From Minisyncoccota bacterium (GTDB lineage: Bacteria > Patescibacteriota > Minisyncoccia > Moranbacterales > UBA1568), in NCBI GenBank assembly GCA_051306005.1, contig JBPPMJ010000003.1, positions 161,764 to 225,763 on the forward strand: a DNA stretch of 64,000 bases. Direction: 5' to 3'. The notes beneath the pieces are model-generated. The model did no database searches and was not told the DNA's origin. It saw only the letters and a program-made list of their open reading frames with translations. Both the position numbers and the translations under genes were made by a program. This document shows positions 1 to 10,012 of this stretch, piece by piece. Each line of letters starts with the position of its first letter. Positions within the stretch are counted from its first letter, which is position 1.

Positions 1-71
1 GTTACTCATATGTACTAATTATATTTTAAACAATCATCCGTCCTTTTCTCTTTAGGGATAGGTATCGGCCT

Positions 72-833
72 CTAGCGACGATTGGTTATATTCTCTATAA
101 TCTTCTGACCTATTTTCTTCTTATCTTCATTAGGGATTGTCGCAAAGGGTTGGTGGCCAGCTAGACCAAAAATTAACATAACTTTTTTCCCATTTGGAAG
201 ATTCATCTCATTTGTCTTAACCCTATATGGGCGCATCCTGTCTACAACATAGATAGTCTCCCACGATCCCGTAATGTTTAATTTTTCAATATATTTTCTT
301 GCTACGGAGACAAGTACGATATCAGGCTGTAGTACAGAAATGAGCTGTTGCCACAAAGCGTATCCTGGACTTTCCAATGTAGATTTTTCTTGTTCGCTCA
401 GGTGACTCCATGTTGGATCCGTAGCAAGGGGTGTACAAATATCAGTATGTAATACTACATTTTTTTCTGTGCCATAATAACTTGCCTCTAAACCGTTAAG
501 TATCGGCTCATAACAATTAAACCATAGTCTGTAAGGATTTATTTTATAATAATCAGACAAGGATTGGATGTAATCACTGTGAATAATCTTATTATTAGGA
601 GAAGTGCTCACTTTTGAAAACCTCGAGAAAGGACTGTCTGATGGAAATTCTGCATGAGAAGGATTAAGACCGACTGTAATGATGCGAAGAGATGAAGCAA
701 GGTATTGAGCATAATTACCAAAGAACAGAATAGGAACGGATGGTTTCACAACAAAGGGCAAAGATTCAAATTTGAGATATTGATCCCACGCTTCATTTAC
801 AACTCCAATAAGATCATCATCTACTTGAGCCAT
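72..833 (-). CDS. hypothetical protein (253 aa); weak resemblance to uracil-DNA glycosylase superfamily motifs
   Basis: Long ORF with no internal stops. N-proximal 'IITVGLNPS' resembles the GxNPG motif of MUG/SMUG-type UDGs, and C-proximal 'GLAGHQPF' resembles the HPS-type motif. No confident family recognition. Confidence 0.5.
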   Translation of the reverse strand: MAQVDDDLIGVVNEAWDQYLKFESLPFVVKPSVPILFFGNYAQYLASSLRIITVGLNPSHAEFPSDSPFSRFSKVSTSPNNKIIHSDYIQSLSDYYKINPYRLWFNCYEPILNGLEASYYGTEKNVVLHTDICTPLATDPTWSHLSEQEKSTLESPGYALWQQLISVLQPDIVLVSVARKYIEKLNITGSWETIYVVDRMRPYRVKTNEMNLPNGKKVMLIFGLAGHQPFATIPNEDKKKIGQKIIENITNRR

Positions 834-898
834 ATTTCTTGGAACTATTAATTCTATTTTCTATTAACTCTTTCAAAATCATTACTTCTTTATTCACT

Positions 899-986
899 GC
901 GGAGAGGGAGAGATTCGAACTCTCGAGGGTTTTTACACCCCGCCACGTTAGCAGTGTGGTGCCTTCAGCCACTCGGCCACCTCTCC
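899..986 (-). tRNA. tRNA-Ser (anticodon GCU), type II with long variable arm
   Basis: The reverse complement reads GGAGAGGTGGCCGAGTGGCTGAAGGCACCACACTGCTAACGTGG...GAGAGTTCGAATCTCTCCCTCTCCGC. Acceptor stem GGAGAGG/CCTCTCC is 7 bp. Anticodon loop is CTGCTAA with GCT at positions 34-36. T-loop is GTTCGAATC. The long variable arm is typical of Ser tRNAs. Confidence 0.85.
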
Positions 987-1100
987 AAAGGTTATATTGA
1001 TAACACTTCCGACATTGTAACAATTTTTTGAGACAAAATCAAGACGCATTGATCTCCGCAAAGAGTAACATAGTCGGTCACGTACCGTGAAAGAGTTTTT

Positions 1101-1835
1101 TTAACGTGCTAAAACAATAGCAAAAACAGAATTTGCTCCAGCCTTTTTGAGGGCTTGCGCACATTGCTCAAGAGTGGCGCCAGTTGTTGCAACATCGTCT
1201 ATGAGCCAAATACGTTTTCCTTGTACAGAGAGTCGATATTCTGACGGGATAGCAAAAGCATCCTGGAGATTGGCAAGACGTTCTGTTCGTGAATGCGTTT
1301 TCATCTGTGGTTTGGTATAACGGATACGTTGCAGAGCGTGAGTGATGACTGGCAGGGCATGATTGGGTGTAATGGTATCAGCGAGCACGTGTGTTAAGAG
1401 TGCGGATTGGTTGAAACCACGAAAGCGTAAGCGACGCACGTGTAGCGGAACAGGGATATAACAATCTGGTAATGCGAGGTCAGTCCTCAACACTTGTTCT
1501 GCCAACCAAATACCCAATGGTTCAGCTAACGTCGGGATACAGCGGTATTTGTAAGTATGAATAGCCCGTGACAGAATGGCATCGTGATAAAAAGAGCAAG
1601 CAAATAAACCATCTAATGCTTTGGATTTTGCGCAAGCGAAGCAGGTTTCACCGTGTGGCGTGATAGCACGTAGACAACTCGGGCAACGTTGTTTGAGGCG
1701 CAGAGCAACACGATTGAGACAGACGACACAACAATATGTTCCACGCTGATGACACGAAAGACAGCGTTGTGGGAAGAAGGTATCCAAGACAAGAATACCG
1801 ATTTTTGAGATGAATACAGGAGGTGTTAGGCGCAC
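1101..1835 (-). CDS. comFC: ComF family competence protein / phosphoribosyltransferase (ComFC-like)
   Basis: N-terminal four-Cys zinc-finger-like region (CLSCHQ...CVVCL...CPSCL...CFAC). C-terminal PRTase motif 'LIDDVATTGATL'. Confidence 0.85.
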   Translation of the reverse strand: MRLTPPVFISKIGILVLDTFFPQRCLSCHQRGTYCCVVCLNRVALRLKQRCPSCLRAITPHGETCFACAKSKALDGLFACSFYHDAILSRAIHTYKYRCIPTLAEPLGIWLAEQVLRTDLALPDCYIPVPLHVRRLRFRGFNQSALLTHVLADTITPNHALPVITHALQRIRYTKPQMKTHSRTERLANLQDAFAIPSEYRLSVQGKRIWLIDDVATTGATLEQCAQALKKAGANSVFAIVLAR

Positions 1836-4363
1836 AAAACAGTGTTATGTTTGAGAGACAAACGAAGTGATTTTTTCTTCGGCGCATCAATAAGTATTTC
1901 TGCAATACTCTTTTCGACAACGTCCTGGATAGTTTTACGGACGAGACGTGCACCTTGTTCTGGCGAGAAGCTCTGTTTGGCTAGATGACGAACGAGTGTC
2001 GTTGGATAGGTGAGCGTGATGGCTTGTTGTTTTAGGCGTTGGACAAGTATATCCAATTCTCGTTTTACGATAGCTTGAATAGTATCTTGATTGAGAGCGT
2101 TAAAGACGATAATATGATCTAATCTTGCCAGAAGTTCTGGACGCATATCTTTTTTGAGGTCGGTCAATACTTCTTGCTTGATAGTTTCAAAACGTGCCTG
2201 GACATCATTGGCACTCTGTTTATCAAAACCAATTTTGGTACTTTGCGTGAATGCGGTTGTTCCCACATTGGAAGTGAGAATGATAAGCGTGTTGCGAAAA
2301 TTGATTTTCCGACCTTCAGCATCCGTCAACATGCCTTCATCGAGAATTTGAAGCAGGATATTGAAGACATCGGGATGTGCTTTTTCTATCTCATCGAAAA
2401 GAATGACTGAATATGGTTGTCGTCGGACGCGTTCGGTCAATTTGCCACCGTCGCCATAGCCGATATAGCCCGCTGGTGCACCCAATATCTGAGCGACACT
2501 GTGACGTTCCATGAATTCGCTCATGTCCAAACGAATGAGCGCTTGAGAGTTACCAAAGAATTCCTCCGCGATAATTTTGGCAGTCAGTGTTTTGCCAACC
2601 CCCGTCGGACCCAAAAAAAGAAAGGATCCCAAAGGTCGGTCTGGATTTGTAACGTTACCCAGAGAACGCGCCAGTGTTTGCTCAATAGCGGTGGTCGCCT
2701 CCGCTTGCCCGACCAGATATTGCTCCAGTGCGTTTCGTAAGTGGAGCAGTTTTTGGCGGGGAGTGGTATCGGATAATGTGAGAGAAGGTATGCGAGCGAT
2801 ATGAGCCACTGTCTTGAGAATGTGTTCTTTGGTAACGACGATGCGTTCGTTTTCTGGTTGGGCATGATATTTCGCCTTGATGCCAGATATTTTTTTCCGA
2901 AGATTTTTTTCTTGTTCATGCCAAATGGCGGCATCATCATATTGTTCCTCCCGAATAAGAGTATCTTTGTATGTTTGAGTGGTTGCATGTTCTCTCTCAA
3001 GCTCCATGAGTGTCTTGAGACTCTCGGGCATCGGACGTTGTTGTTTTGCCAATGCGGAAGCTTCATCGATAATATCCAGTGCCTTATCGGGTAGAAAGCG
3101 ATCAGGAATGTAACGTACAGATAAATTACAGGCTAAATCGATAATATCGGAAGAAAGTGAGATATGATGAAAATCTTCGTAACTTTTCTTACTTTTGTAA
3201 AGGATTTCTTTCGCTTCTTCTAATGTGGGCTCGGCGATGTGTACGGATTGAAACCGTCGATCGAGTGCCGGATCTTTTTCAATATGTCGTTTATATTCCG
3301 CAAATGTGGTCGCACCGATGCACCGGATTTCTCCACGTGAAAGTGCGGGTTTGAGAATATTGGCAGCATCAAGTCCTCCACTCGTATTGCCCGCGCCAAC
3401 CATTGTATGAATTTCATCAATGAAAAGAATGATATCAGGATTACGCATGGTTTCAGTCAAGATTTCTTTGAGGCGTGCTTCAAATTCGCCACGAAAATTG
3501 GTGCCAGCCACAACGAGTGTCAGATCAAGTGAGAGAATACGTTTATGAAGCAGGGTATGCGGAACATCTCCTGTAACAATTTTTTTTGCCAGTGCTGCGA
3601 CGAGGGCTGTTTTACCGACGCCGGGTTCCCCTATGAGGAGGGGATTATTCTTTTGTTTGCGAGTGAGGATCTGAATGATGCGGTTGATTTCCGTTTGTCG
3701 TCCAATTAATGTGTCTTGTGTGAAAGCGGGGGATGTTGCCATATCCAAAGCATATTGATCCAGGAATGGTGTGGCAGTATGTTTGTGGGGTACAGTGTGA
3801 GTGAGTGGGCTTTCTGGCAAATCAAGCATTTTGGAGAGATGAGGAAATTGATCCAAGTTTAGATGTGATTTGAGTGTTGCGGTGGCCTTTTGGCGATTGA
3901 TACGCATAGTGGTGAAAAGAGTATCGAGGTGAGAACTTTGGGTGGCAAAAAGAGCGTAGACCAAATGCTCGGTGCCGACATATGGATATTGGAAACGATG
4001 AGCGATTAGATATGCATGACGCAGGACTTCTTTGAGATCAGTTGATAAGGGGAGGGAGGGTGAAGTAGTCTGTTTTTTCGTGCGTGATCGTCCTGATCGT
4101 TTGGTCATGGAAAAGAGTGTCGTCAAAGATTCGGCTTGAAAACCGATATTTTCAAGCAAAAGGCTTCCTAAACTTGTTTCTTCAAGTAAGACACCCAAAA
4201 GTAAGTGCTCGGGTCGGACAGCATCACTGTGCGCGGAATGCGCGATGGTATCCGCTTCTTTGAGACTGTGGCGCGCGTGTTGCGTTAGTTTTTGGCTGAA
4301 ATTTGTTGACATAGAGACAAAATAACGTATACTCATTGTATTTTCTTTTGCCACCTCTGTCAA
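1826..4363 (-). CDS. AAA+ chaperone ATPase of the ClpB/ClpC (Hsp100) family
   Basis: Clp_N-like N-terminus, two Walker A boxes ([11 protein letters not shown] and [11 protein letters not shown]), a sensor/arginine-finger region and ~845 aa length. The true start is probably an internal Met, around 4312. Confidence 0.9.
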   Translation of the reverse strand: MTEVAKENTMSIRYFVSMSTNFSQKLTQHARHSLKEADTIAHSAHSDAVRPEHLLLGVLLEETSLGSLLLENIGFQAESLTTLFSMTKRSGRSRTKKQTTSPSLPLSTDLKEVLRHAYLIAHRFQYPYVGTEHLVYALFATQSSHLDTLFTTMRINRQKATATLKSHLNLDQFPHLSKMLDLPESPLTHTVPHKHTATPFLDQYALDMATSPAFTQDTLIGRQTEINRIIQILTRKQKNNPLLIGEPGVGKTALVAALAKKIVTGDVPHTLLHKRILSLDLTLVVAGTNFRGEFEARLKEILTETMRNPDIILFIDEIHTMVGAGNTSGGLDAANILKPALSRGEIRCIGATTFAEYKRHIEKDPALDRRFQSVHIAEPTLEEAKEILYKSKKSYEDFHHISLSSDIIDLACNLSVRYIPDRFLPDKALDIIDEASALAKQQRPMPESLKTLMELEREHATTQTYKDTLIREEQYDDAAIWHEQEKNLRKKISGIKAKYHAQPENERIVVTKEHILKTVAHIARIPSLTLSDTTPRQKLLHLRNALEQYLVGQAEATTAIEQTLARSLGNVTNPDRPLGSFLFLGPTGVGKTLTAKIIAEEFFGNSQALIRLDMSEFMERHSVAQILGAPAGYIGYGDGGKLTERVRRQPYSVILFDEIEKAHPDVFNILLQILDEGMLTDAEGRKINFRNTLIILTSNVGTTAFTQSTKIGFDKQSANDVQARFETIKQEVLTDLKKDMRPELLARLDHIIVFNALNQDTIQAIVKRELDILVQRLKQQAITLTYPTTLVRHLAKQSFSPEQGARLVRKTIQDVVEKSIAEILIDAPKKKSLRLSLKHNTVLCA

Positions 4364-4496
4364 TGTAAAGTTTTGATTCTCTTCTCCTGTGCAATCAATC
4401 GTATTTGCGCTTATAGGATGTACTGTAAATTGTCAGAAGCTCGAAATATTTTTTTGGATGGTGGTTGTGAATAGATGTCATAATTCGTATGTCTTT

Positions 4497-4525
4497 TTGG
4501 CAAAGAGGAAAAAATATGTTATACT
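4497..4525 (+). promoter_or_regulatory. sigma70-like promoter for pilM operon (TTGGCA-17-TATACT, with TGt extended -10)
   Basis: The hexamers are read directly from the sequence, 30-60 nt upstream of the pilM start codon. Confidence 0.5.
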
Positions 4526-4560
4526 GAAAAAGTATAAAAATACAAACATATATTTTGCTT

Positions 4561-5688
4561 ATGGTCTTCGGTTTTCGTAAAACACATTTCTTGGGTATTG
4601 ATTTCGGTACGGCGTCCATCAAGGCGGTAGAGCTTTCTTTGCAAGGTGATCGTCCTGTTTTGGTAAACTATGGTCAGATTGGTTTGGCAGATTTGGAAAA
4701 AAAAGGTGCGTTACCGGGAACATCTTATGATGATGAGGTGAAACGTCATCTCAAAGCGTTGATGAAGGAAATGCATCCTAAAAGCCATACAGCTCATGTG
4801 GCAATGCCTGCTTTTACCGGATTGATTTCTTCGATTGAGTTCCCGGTAATGGGGGCTTCTGAATTACAAGAAGCGGTGCGTTTTGAAGCACACAAATACA
4901 TCCCCTCAGCATTGGATGAAGTGGCATTGAGTTGGGAAGTGATGGATACGCAAGAGGCGCCAGACGGAACAAAAAAAATGGATGTGTTGTTGGTAGCAGC
5001 TTTGAACAAAGAAGTAGTACGATATGAAGAATATATAGCGAGCGTCGGCTTGTCTGTAGAGTTTCTGGAGCTTGAAACATTTTCTATCGCTCGTTCTGTC
5101 ATTGGATCCGAGCAAAATTTATTTTTAGTGATTGATATTGGATCACGAGCGACCAATTTAATTCTGATTCAACATGGCACCGTGCGTATGAGTCGCAATG
5201 TAGATGTAGGCGGGAGAGATATTACGCGTGTTTTGGCAGAAAGTCTCAATATTACTCAAGATAGAGCTAAGATTATTAAAAAGAGTGGCAAAGATTTTCT
5301 ACTTGCCCCCGAATCAGTTTTAATATTTCCTGGTTTGCAAACCATCGCCAGTGAAGCAGGGAGAATGCTCAGTGCGTATCAAGCAAAATATCCTGATATT
5401 CGTTGTCAAGAGGTCATTTTGTCAGGTGGATCAGCACAATTTTATGGTTTGACACAGTATTATGCCAATCTTTTGAATCTACCTGTTACTTTGAGTGACA
5501 CCTGGAAAAATATTGATCACGATCCTCGTTTGACGCCAGTATTAGCTCAAAAAAGCACTTCTTTTTCTGTGGCTCTGGGAGCAGCTTTGCGAGGTATTGA
5601 TATAATGCGACAAAAAAAGACCACTTCTCAGCAGAACAAATCTACAAGAAGTTTTTCATTCAAGGAATTGATGACAAAAAAATTATAA
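4561..5688 (+). CDS. pilM: type IV pilus assembly protein PilM (actin-like ATPase fold)
   Basis: N-terminal 'LGIDFGTASIKAVEL' is PilM/FtsA-like. About 375 aa. It is followed by pilN/pilO-like genes. Start is placed at the ATG 2 codons inside the TTG-initiated ORF. Confidence 0.85.
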   Translation: MVFGFRKTHFLGIDFGTASIKAVELSLQGDRPVLVNYGQIGLADLEKKGALPGTSYDDEVKRHLKALMKEMHPKSHTAHVAMPAFTGLISSIEFPVMGASELQEAVRFEAHKYIPSALDEVALSWEVMDTQEAPDGTKKMDVLLVAALNKEVVRYEEYIASVGLSVEFLELETFSIARSVIGSEQNLFLVIDIGSRATNLILIQHGTVRMSRNVDVGGRDITRVLAESLNITQDRAKIIKKSGKDFLLAPESVLIFPGLQTIASEAGRMLSAYQAKYPDIRCQEVILSGGSAQFYGLTQYYANLLNLPVTLSDTWKNIDHDPRLTPVLAQKSTSFSVALGAALRGIDIMRQKKTTSQQNKSTRSFSFKELMTKKL

Positions 5689-5691
5689 ATG

Positions 5692-5700
5692 TGGTATACT
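5692..5700 (+). promoter_or_regulatory. extended -10 element TGgTATACT upstream of pilN
   Basis: The same TGnTATACT motif recurs upstream of several pilus genes. Confidence 0.35.
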
Positions 5701-5746
5701 AAAAAAAATAATAAAAAGTTAAAATATAAATTTTCTAATACATACG

Positions 5747-6271
5747 GTGATGGCTGGGATTAATCTTTCTTCGGTACCAAAAAATCAAAATCAATCACGC
5801 CGAGTATCTGATACAACTCTCGTGGTCATAGGTGCTATTTTTTTGGTGACTGTTATCGGGTTTGGTGGATTGCGTTGGTACCTCAAAACGCTTGATGACA
5901 AAATCGCTTTAATGGAAGTATCAGTGGGGGAAAATGCTGATATGCTTCAGGGACCGGCTGTTGATCGTGTGGCTCAATTTCAAGATCGTTTGACGCTTTT
6001 GTCAGCGCAACAAGCTAGTGACAACCTGAATGCCGAGATACAATTGCGACAGCTGGAAACTTTGATCCTTCCACAGGTAAAGCTAACGAAGTATCGATAT
6101 GATAAAACGGAAAAGTTTATCACGATGACCGGTGAAACTGACACTTTGAAATCTGTGGCTCAGCAAATTATAAGTTTGAAATCGGATGCTCTGTTTTCGG
6201 GAGTCGTAGTGGAAACATTGGGCAATGCTGAGGGAGGACGAACCGTGTTTTCATTACGTGCTGATTTTTAA
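5747..6271 (+). CDS. pilN: PilN-like pilus assembly protein (single N-terminal TM)
   Basis: Basic N-terminus then one TM helix (LVVIGAIFLVTVIGFGG). Size and position directly after pilM. Confidence 0.7.
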   Translation: MMAGINLSSVPKNQNQSRRVSDTTLVVIGAIFLVTVIGFGGLRWYLKTLDDKIALMEVSVGENADMLQGPAVDRVAQFQDRLTLLSAQQASDNLNAEIQLRQLETLILPQVKLTKYRYDKTEKFITMTGETDTLKSVAQQIISLKSDALFSGVVVETLGNAEGGRTVFSLRADF

Positions 6272-6304
6272 AGAGTTTATAATTTCTTTAGACAATATAT
6301 TTGT

Positions 6305-7084
6305 ATGAGGTTGAAAATACTCATCGCTCCGTTCTGCATTATCATGATTGCTATTTTGGCATTCGGTTATATCAAGCCAGATATAGAATCACTAGCCGTG
6401 AAAAAAGAAACACTGGCTATAAAGACCGCTCAATCTATGAATGTTTCCAATGTCGTTGAACATATCAATACCTTGAATCGTGAACTTGAGACTGCCTCTG
6501 ACGCCGAGTCCTTCATGTATCGCTATTTACCAAAATCAGCGACTCAAGAACAGATGATTGACACATTTAATTTTTTGGCGACACAATCAGGTGTTGCTAT
6601 CGTTGAAATAGCCTTACACCAGCCGATCAAAAATGATGTATCACCCAAGCCACTGCCGGATGCGTCTCCTGATGCCCTTTCAACACATTCGACAAATGTT
6701 ATGCTTACGCCCTCTGTTCAACCTGTTTCGGTGGAAAATGTCGTTTTGACAGGCACTATTGCTGGCTCGTACGACAATATAAAAATATTCCTGGATCGTT
6801 TGACACATATTGAACGTTTCCAGAAAATGAGATTTTTTACTTTAGAATCTCTTTCTGCGAAATCAACTGAGACGCAACAGCCTCTTTCTCAGAGTCTGCG
6901 TACAACGATAGAAGTAGAGTATGGTTATTTGCCATCTGCATCGGTTGCATCTGCGCTTATGCTCCCTGTGTTTGCGCAATCTTCTTTTGATATGTCTCCA
7001 GTACAGACGTTCCGTTCACAAATAACCAATCCTATACCAGTGTTGGAAAAAGGAATAGCAGGAAAACCCAATCCATTTGAATGA
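6305..7084 (+). CDS. pilO: PilO-like pilus assembly protein (single N-terminal TM plus coiled-coil)
   Basis: N-terminal TM helix (ILIAPFCIIMIAILAFGY), coiled-coil-like segment and position in the pilMNO order. Confidence 0.6.
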   Translation: MRLKILIAPFCIIMIAILAFGYIKPDIESLAVKKETLAIKTAQSMNVSNVVEHINTLNRELETASDAESFMYRYLPKSATQEQMIDTFNFLATQSGVAIVEIALHQPIKNDVSPKPLPDASPDALSTHSTNVMLTPSVQPVSVENVVLTGTIAGSYDNIKIFLDRLTHIERFQKMRFFTLESLSAKSTETQQPLSQSLRTTIEVEYGYLPSASVASALMLPVFAQSSFDMSPVQTFRSQITNPIPVLEKGIAGKPNPFE

Positions 7085-7103
7085 AGGTGACAAGCATTTT
7101 TCT

Positions 7104-8777
7104 ATGGAAGAAGCATTGACACAAACAAAGGATACTCAAGGAGCTGATGAATTGTCAGCTCTTTCCGCCCATGCCCAATCGATAGGGGTTTCTTTTTTGG
7201 CAGAACCACCGATAAAAATTGATAAAGAAATATTTTCGATTATATCGGAAGATACAGCGAAACGGTATAAGATGATTCCGTTTGCCAAAGAAAAAGATAC
7301 GCTGTCCGTGGCTATGATTGATCCGCAGGATTTTGACGCCCTCAATATTTTGCGTTTTTTATCTGAAAAAGAGCACATTACTATTGATATTTATCTGACT
7401 TCGCAGAGTGTGTTTGATACGCTTGCCAAACATTACACCGGAACCGATATAGCTCTCAAAGAGGCTATTTATTCTCTCAAAAAAGATGCGGATGAAATCA
7501 TGGAGACAACTGTGGAAAAAAAGAAGGATAAAGATGCGGAAGTGTTTCAGGACGCTCCTATTACCAAATTGGTAGAAGTTATTGTCAATCATGCATTGGA
7601 TGGTCGAGCCAGTGATATCCACATAGAACCCGTTGATGGAAGTTTTCGAGTTCGTTTTCGTATTGATGGTATTTTGCGTTCTCAGCTCGTTTTCCCCTTG
7701 GAAGTGGGACGCGCGGTGATGGCGCGTATCAAAATTCTTGCCAATCTCAAAATTGATGAGAAACGTAAACCACAGGATGGGCGTTTCCGTTTTGAAGGAG
7801 AAAATGGTCACACGGTAGATTTACGTGTTTCCAGTTTGCCGGTGATTGATGGTGAAAAGGTGGTAATGCGTGTTTTGGATAAAAGTTCTAATCTTTCAGA
7901 TTTGGACAAATTGGGTTTATGGGGACACAATCGTTCTGTGCTAGAGAGTCGGATTCGACAACCGTTTGGCATTATTTTGATTACCGGTCCGACGGGTTCA
8001 GGAAAATCAACCACGCTATATGCTTTTTTACAAATTCTCAATCAAGAGGAGAGAAATATCATTACTCTGGAAGATCCGGTAGAATATTATCTCGAAGGGA
8101 TCAATCAAAGTCAGATTATGCCAGAAATTGGCTATACCTTCGCTAGTGGTTTGCGATCTATCTTGCGACAAGATCCAAATGTGATTATGGTTGGAGAGAT
8201 TCGTGATGGTGAAACAGCTGAACTTACCATTCACGCAGCACTGACTGGTCACCTTGTTTTTTCTACCCTCCATACCAACGATGCTATCGGTTCGGTACCA
8301 CGTTTGGTAGATATGGGGGTGGAGTCATTCTTACTCTCCTCATCATTGCAGGCAGTGGCTGCTCAACGATTAGTACGTCGGATTTGTGATAATTGTCGTG
8401 ATGAGATTGTTTTGACTGACACGCAAAAACAAAATATCCGTACACTGTTTGACGCCTTGCCGGAAAAAGAGATTATGGATTATGGTCTTGATGCTAAACA
8501 ACCGTTAATTTTTTTTCATGGTAAGGGTTGCGATCAATGCGGGCAGTCCGGCTATAAGGGACGTATCGCTATTTATGAAGTGATAGCAATTGATGATATG
8601 ATGAGATCTGTTATTGCTGATATGAAAGGAAATGAAGCAGAGGTGCGGAAGGCGGCTTTTCATCAAGGTATGATTACCATGAAACAAGACGGGATTTTGA
8701 AGGCACTCAAGGGGATGACAACCTTGACGGAAGTGGAACGCGTGACAGAGGGAAAGCTCTTGGTGGACGCTGAATGA
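7104..8777 (+). CDS. pilB: type IV pilus assembly / type II secretion ATPase PilB (GspE family)
   Basis: Walker A 'GPTGSGKSTT', Asp box, His box, and the tetracysteine motif CDNC...CDQC of GspE/PilB. The start codon is uncertain (TTG at 7077 or ATG at 7104). Confidence 0.9.
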   Translation: MEEALTQTKDTQGADELSALSAHAQSIGVSFLAEPPIKIDKEIFSIISEDTAKRYKMIPFAKEKDTLSVAMIDPQDFDALNILRFLSEKEHITIDIYLTSQSVFDTLAKHYTGTDIALKEAIYSLKKDADEIMETTVEKKKDKDAEVFQDAPITKLVEVIVNHALDGRASDIHIEPVDGSFRVRFRIDGILRSQLVFPLEVGRAVMARIKILANLKIDEKRKPQDGRFRFEGENGHTVDLRVSSLPVIDGEKVVMRVLDKSSNLSDLDKLGLWGHNRSVLESRIRQPFGIILITGPTGSGKSTTLYAFLQILNQEERNIITLEDPVEYYLEGINQSQIMPEIGYTFASGLRSILRQDPNVIMVGEIRDGETAELTIHAALTGHLVFSTLHTNDAIGSVPRLVDMGVESFLLSSSLQAVAAQRLVRRICDNCRDEIVLTDTQKQNIRTLFDALPEKEIMDYGLDAKQPLIFFHGKGCDQCGQSGYKGRIAIYEVIAIDDMMRSVIADMKGNEAEVRKAAFHQGMITMKQDGILKALKGMTTLTEVERVTEGKLLVDAE

Positions 8778-8826
8778 GAATGAACAGAGATACTGAGAGA
8801 TTGTCATGAGTAGTGCGTAAAAAGTA

Positions 8827-8835
8827 TGGTATACT
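8827..8835 (+). promoter_or_regulatory. extended -10 element TGgTATACT upstream of pilT
   Basis: Read from the sequence, 45 nt upstream of the pilT ATG. Confidence 0.4.
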
Positions 8836-8879
8836 GTGTTTGACAGAACAATTTATTTTTTGATGTTTGGTACTATTCT

Positions 8880-9962
8880 ATGGAAGATGTCTTGCACGCC
8901 GAACAGCGTTTGAAAAATCTCTTACTGCTTGTCGGGCAACAAGGAGCATCAGATTTGCATTTGGTAGTTGGTCGCTATCCGACACTGCGGATTGACGGCA
9001 AATTGCGTCCTGTGACACAGGAAAAAGTGCTCACGCCTGCCGATACGAAAACCCTTTCGGATATCTTGTTAAGCGAAGACAAAAAACAGGAGTTGATTGC
9101 GGTCGGACAGACAGATTTTTCGTATAACTTTGAGGATCGTGTTCGATTTCGTACCAATATTTTTTTTCAGAAAGGATACGTCAGTGTCACGATGCGGTTC
9201 ATTATGGATCGTTTGCGGAATTTGGAAGAATTAAATGTTCCGACTTCACTCTATGGTTTTGCACAATATTCGCAGGGATTGGTACTGATCACTGGACCTG
9301 TGGGGCATGGCAAATCCACTACGTTGGCGGCGATTATCGATTATATCAATCACAATTTGGAAAAACACATCATTACCATTGAAGATCCGATTGAATTCGT
9401 CTACAATCAGGATCGCTGTATCGTCAATCAGCGTGAAATCGGACGTGATGCCAAGAATTTTCCTGACGCCTTGCGAGGCGTATTCCGTGAAGATGCGAAC
9501 GTGGTATTGTTGGGAGAATTGCGTGATTTGGAAACGATCAGTACTGCCATGACAGCTGCAGAGACAGGACACTTGATTTTTGCTACACTCCATACCAATG
9601 ATAGCGTACAGACGATTGATCGTATTATTGACGTATTCCCTGCTCATCAACAAAATCAGATTCGTTCTCAGTTGGCAAGTGTTTTGTTGGGTGTGGTATC
9701 ACAACGTTTGCTTCCCCGGTCGGGAGGTGGACGTATACCTGCCATCGAGATCATGCTCAAAAATCAGGCAGTAGAAAATCTGATTCGTGAAAATAAGATT
9801 CATCAATTAGATGCTGTGATTGAAACAGGCTTGAAAGAGGGAATGATGTCTCTGGATAGGTCGCTCGTAGATTTGGTGCGTCGAGGACTGGTATCTATCA
9901 ATGATGCCTTTGTTTATGCCAAGAACCGGGATTATTTGCAAATGTTAATGAGTAAGGAATGA
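8880..9962 (+). CDS. pilT: twitching motility / pilus retraction ATPase PilT
   Basis: Walker A 'GPVGHGKSTTLAA', 360 aa, and the PilT-specific 'AIRNLIRE'-like motif (AVENLIRENKIHQ). Confidence 0.9.
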   Translation: MEDVLHAEQRLKNLLLLVGQQGASDLHLVVGRYPTLRIDGKLRPVTQEKVLTPADTKTLSDILLSEDKKQELIAVGQTDFSYNFEDRVRFRTNIFFQKGYVSVTMRFIMDRLRNLEELNVPTSLYGFAQYSQGLVLITGPVGHGKSTTLAAIIDYINHNLEKHIITIEDPIEFVYNQDRCIVNQREIGRDAKNFPDALRGVFREDANVVLLGELRDLETISTAMTAAETGHLIFATLHTNDSVQTIDRIIDVFPAHQQNQIRSQLASVLLGVVSQRLLPRSGGGRIPAIEIMLKNQAVENLIRENKIHQLDAVIETGLKEGMMSLDRSLVDLVRRGLVSINDAFVYAKNRDYLQMLMSKE

Positions 9963-10012
9963 TGTTTTTTGTATAAAAAATAAATAATGATTGATGTTAA
10001 ATAAAGAAGAGT

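Noticed and set aside
817-1023. 68-aa minus-strand ORF overlapping the tRNA-Ser gene
   Set aside because: It fully overlaps a confidently folded tRNA and has no coding features, so it is a spurious six-frame ORF.
1648-1953. 101-aa ORF antisense to or overlapping the comFC/clp junction, together with the many 60-160-aa antisense ORFs inside clpB, dnaE, uvrA, ligA, pilB and others
   Set aside because: They sit entirely within strongly supported genes on the other strand or frame. They are low-complexity and have no motifs, which are typical frame-shadow artifacts.
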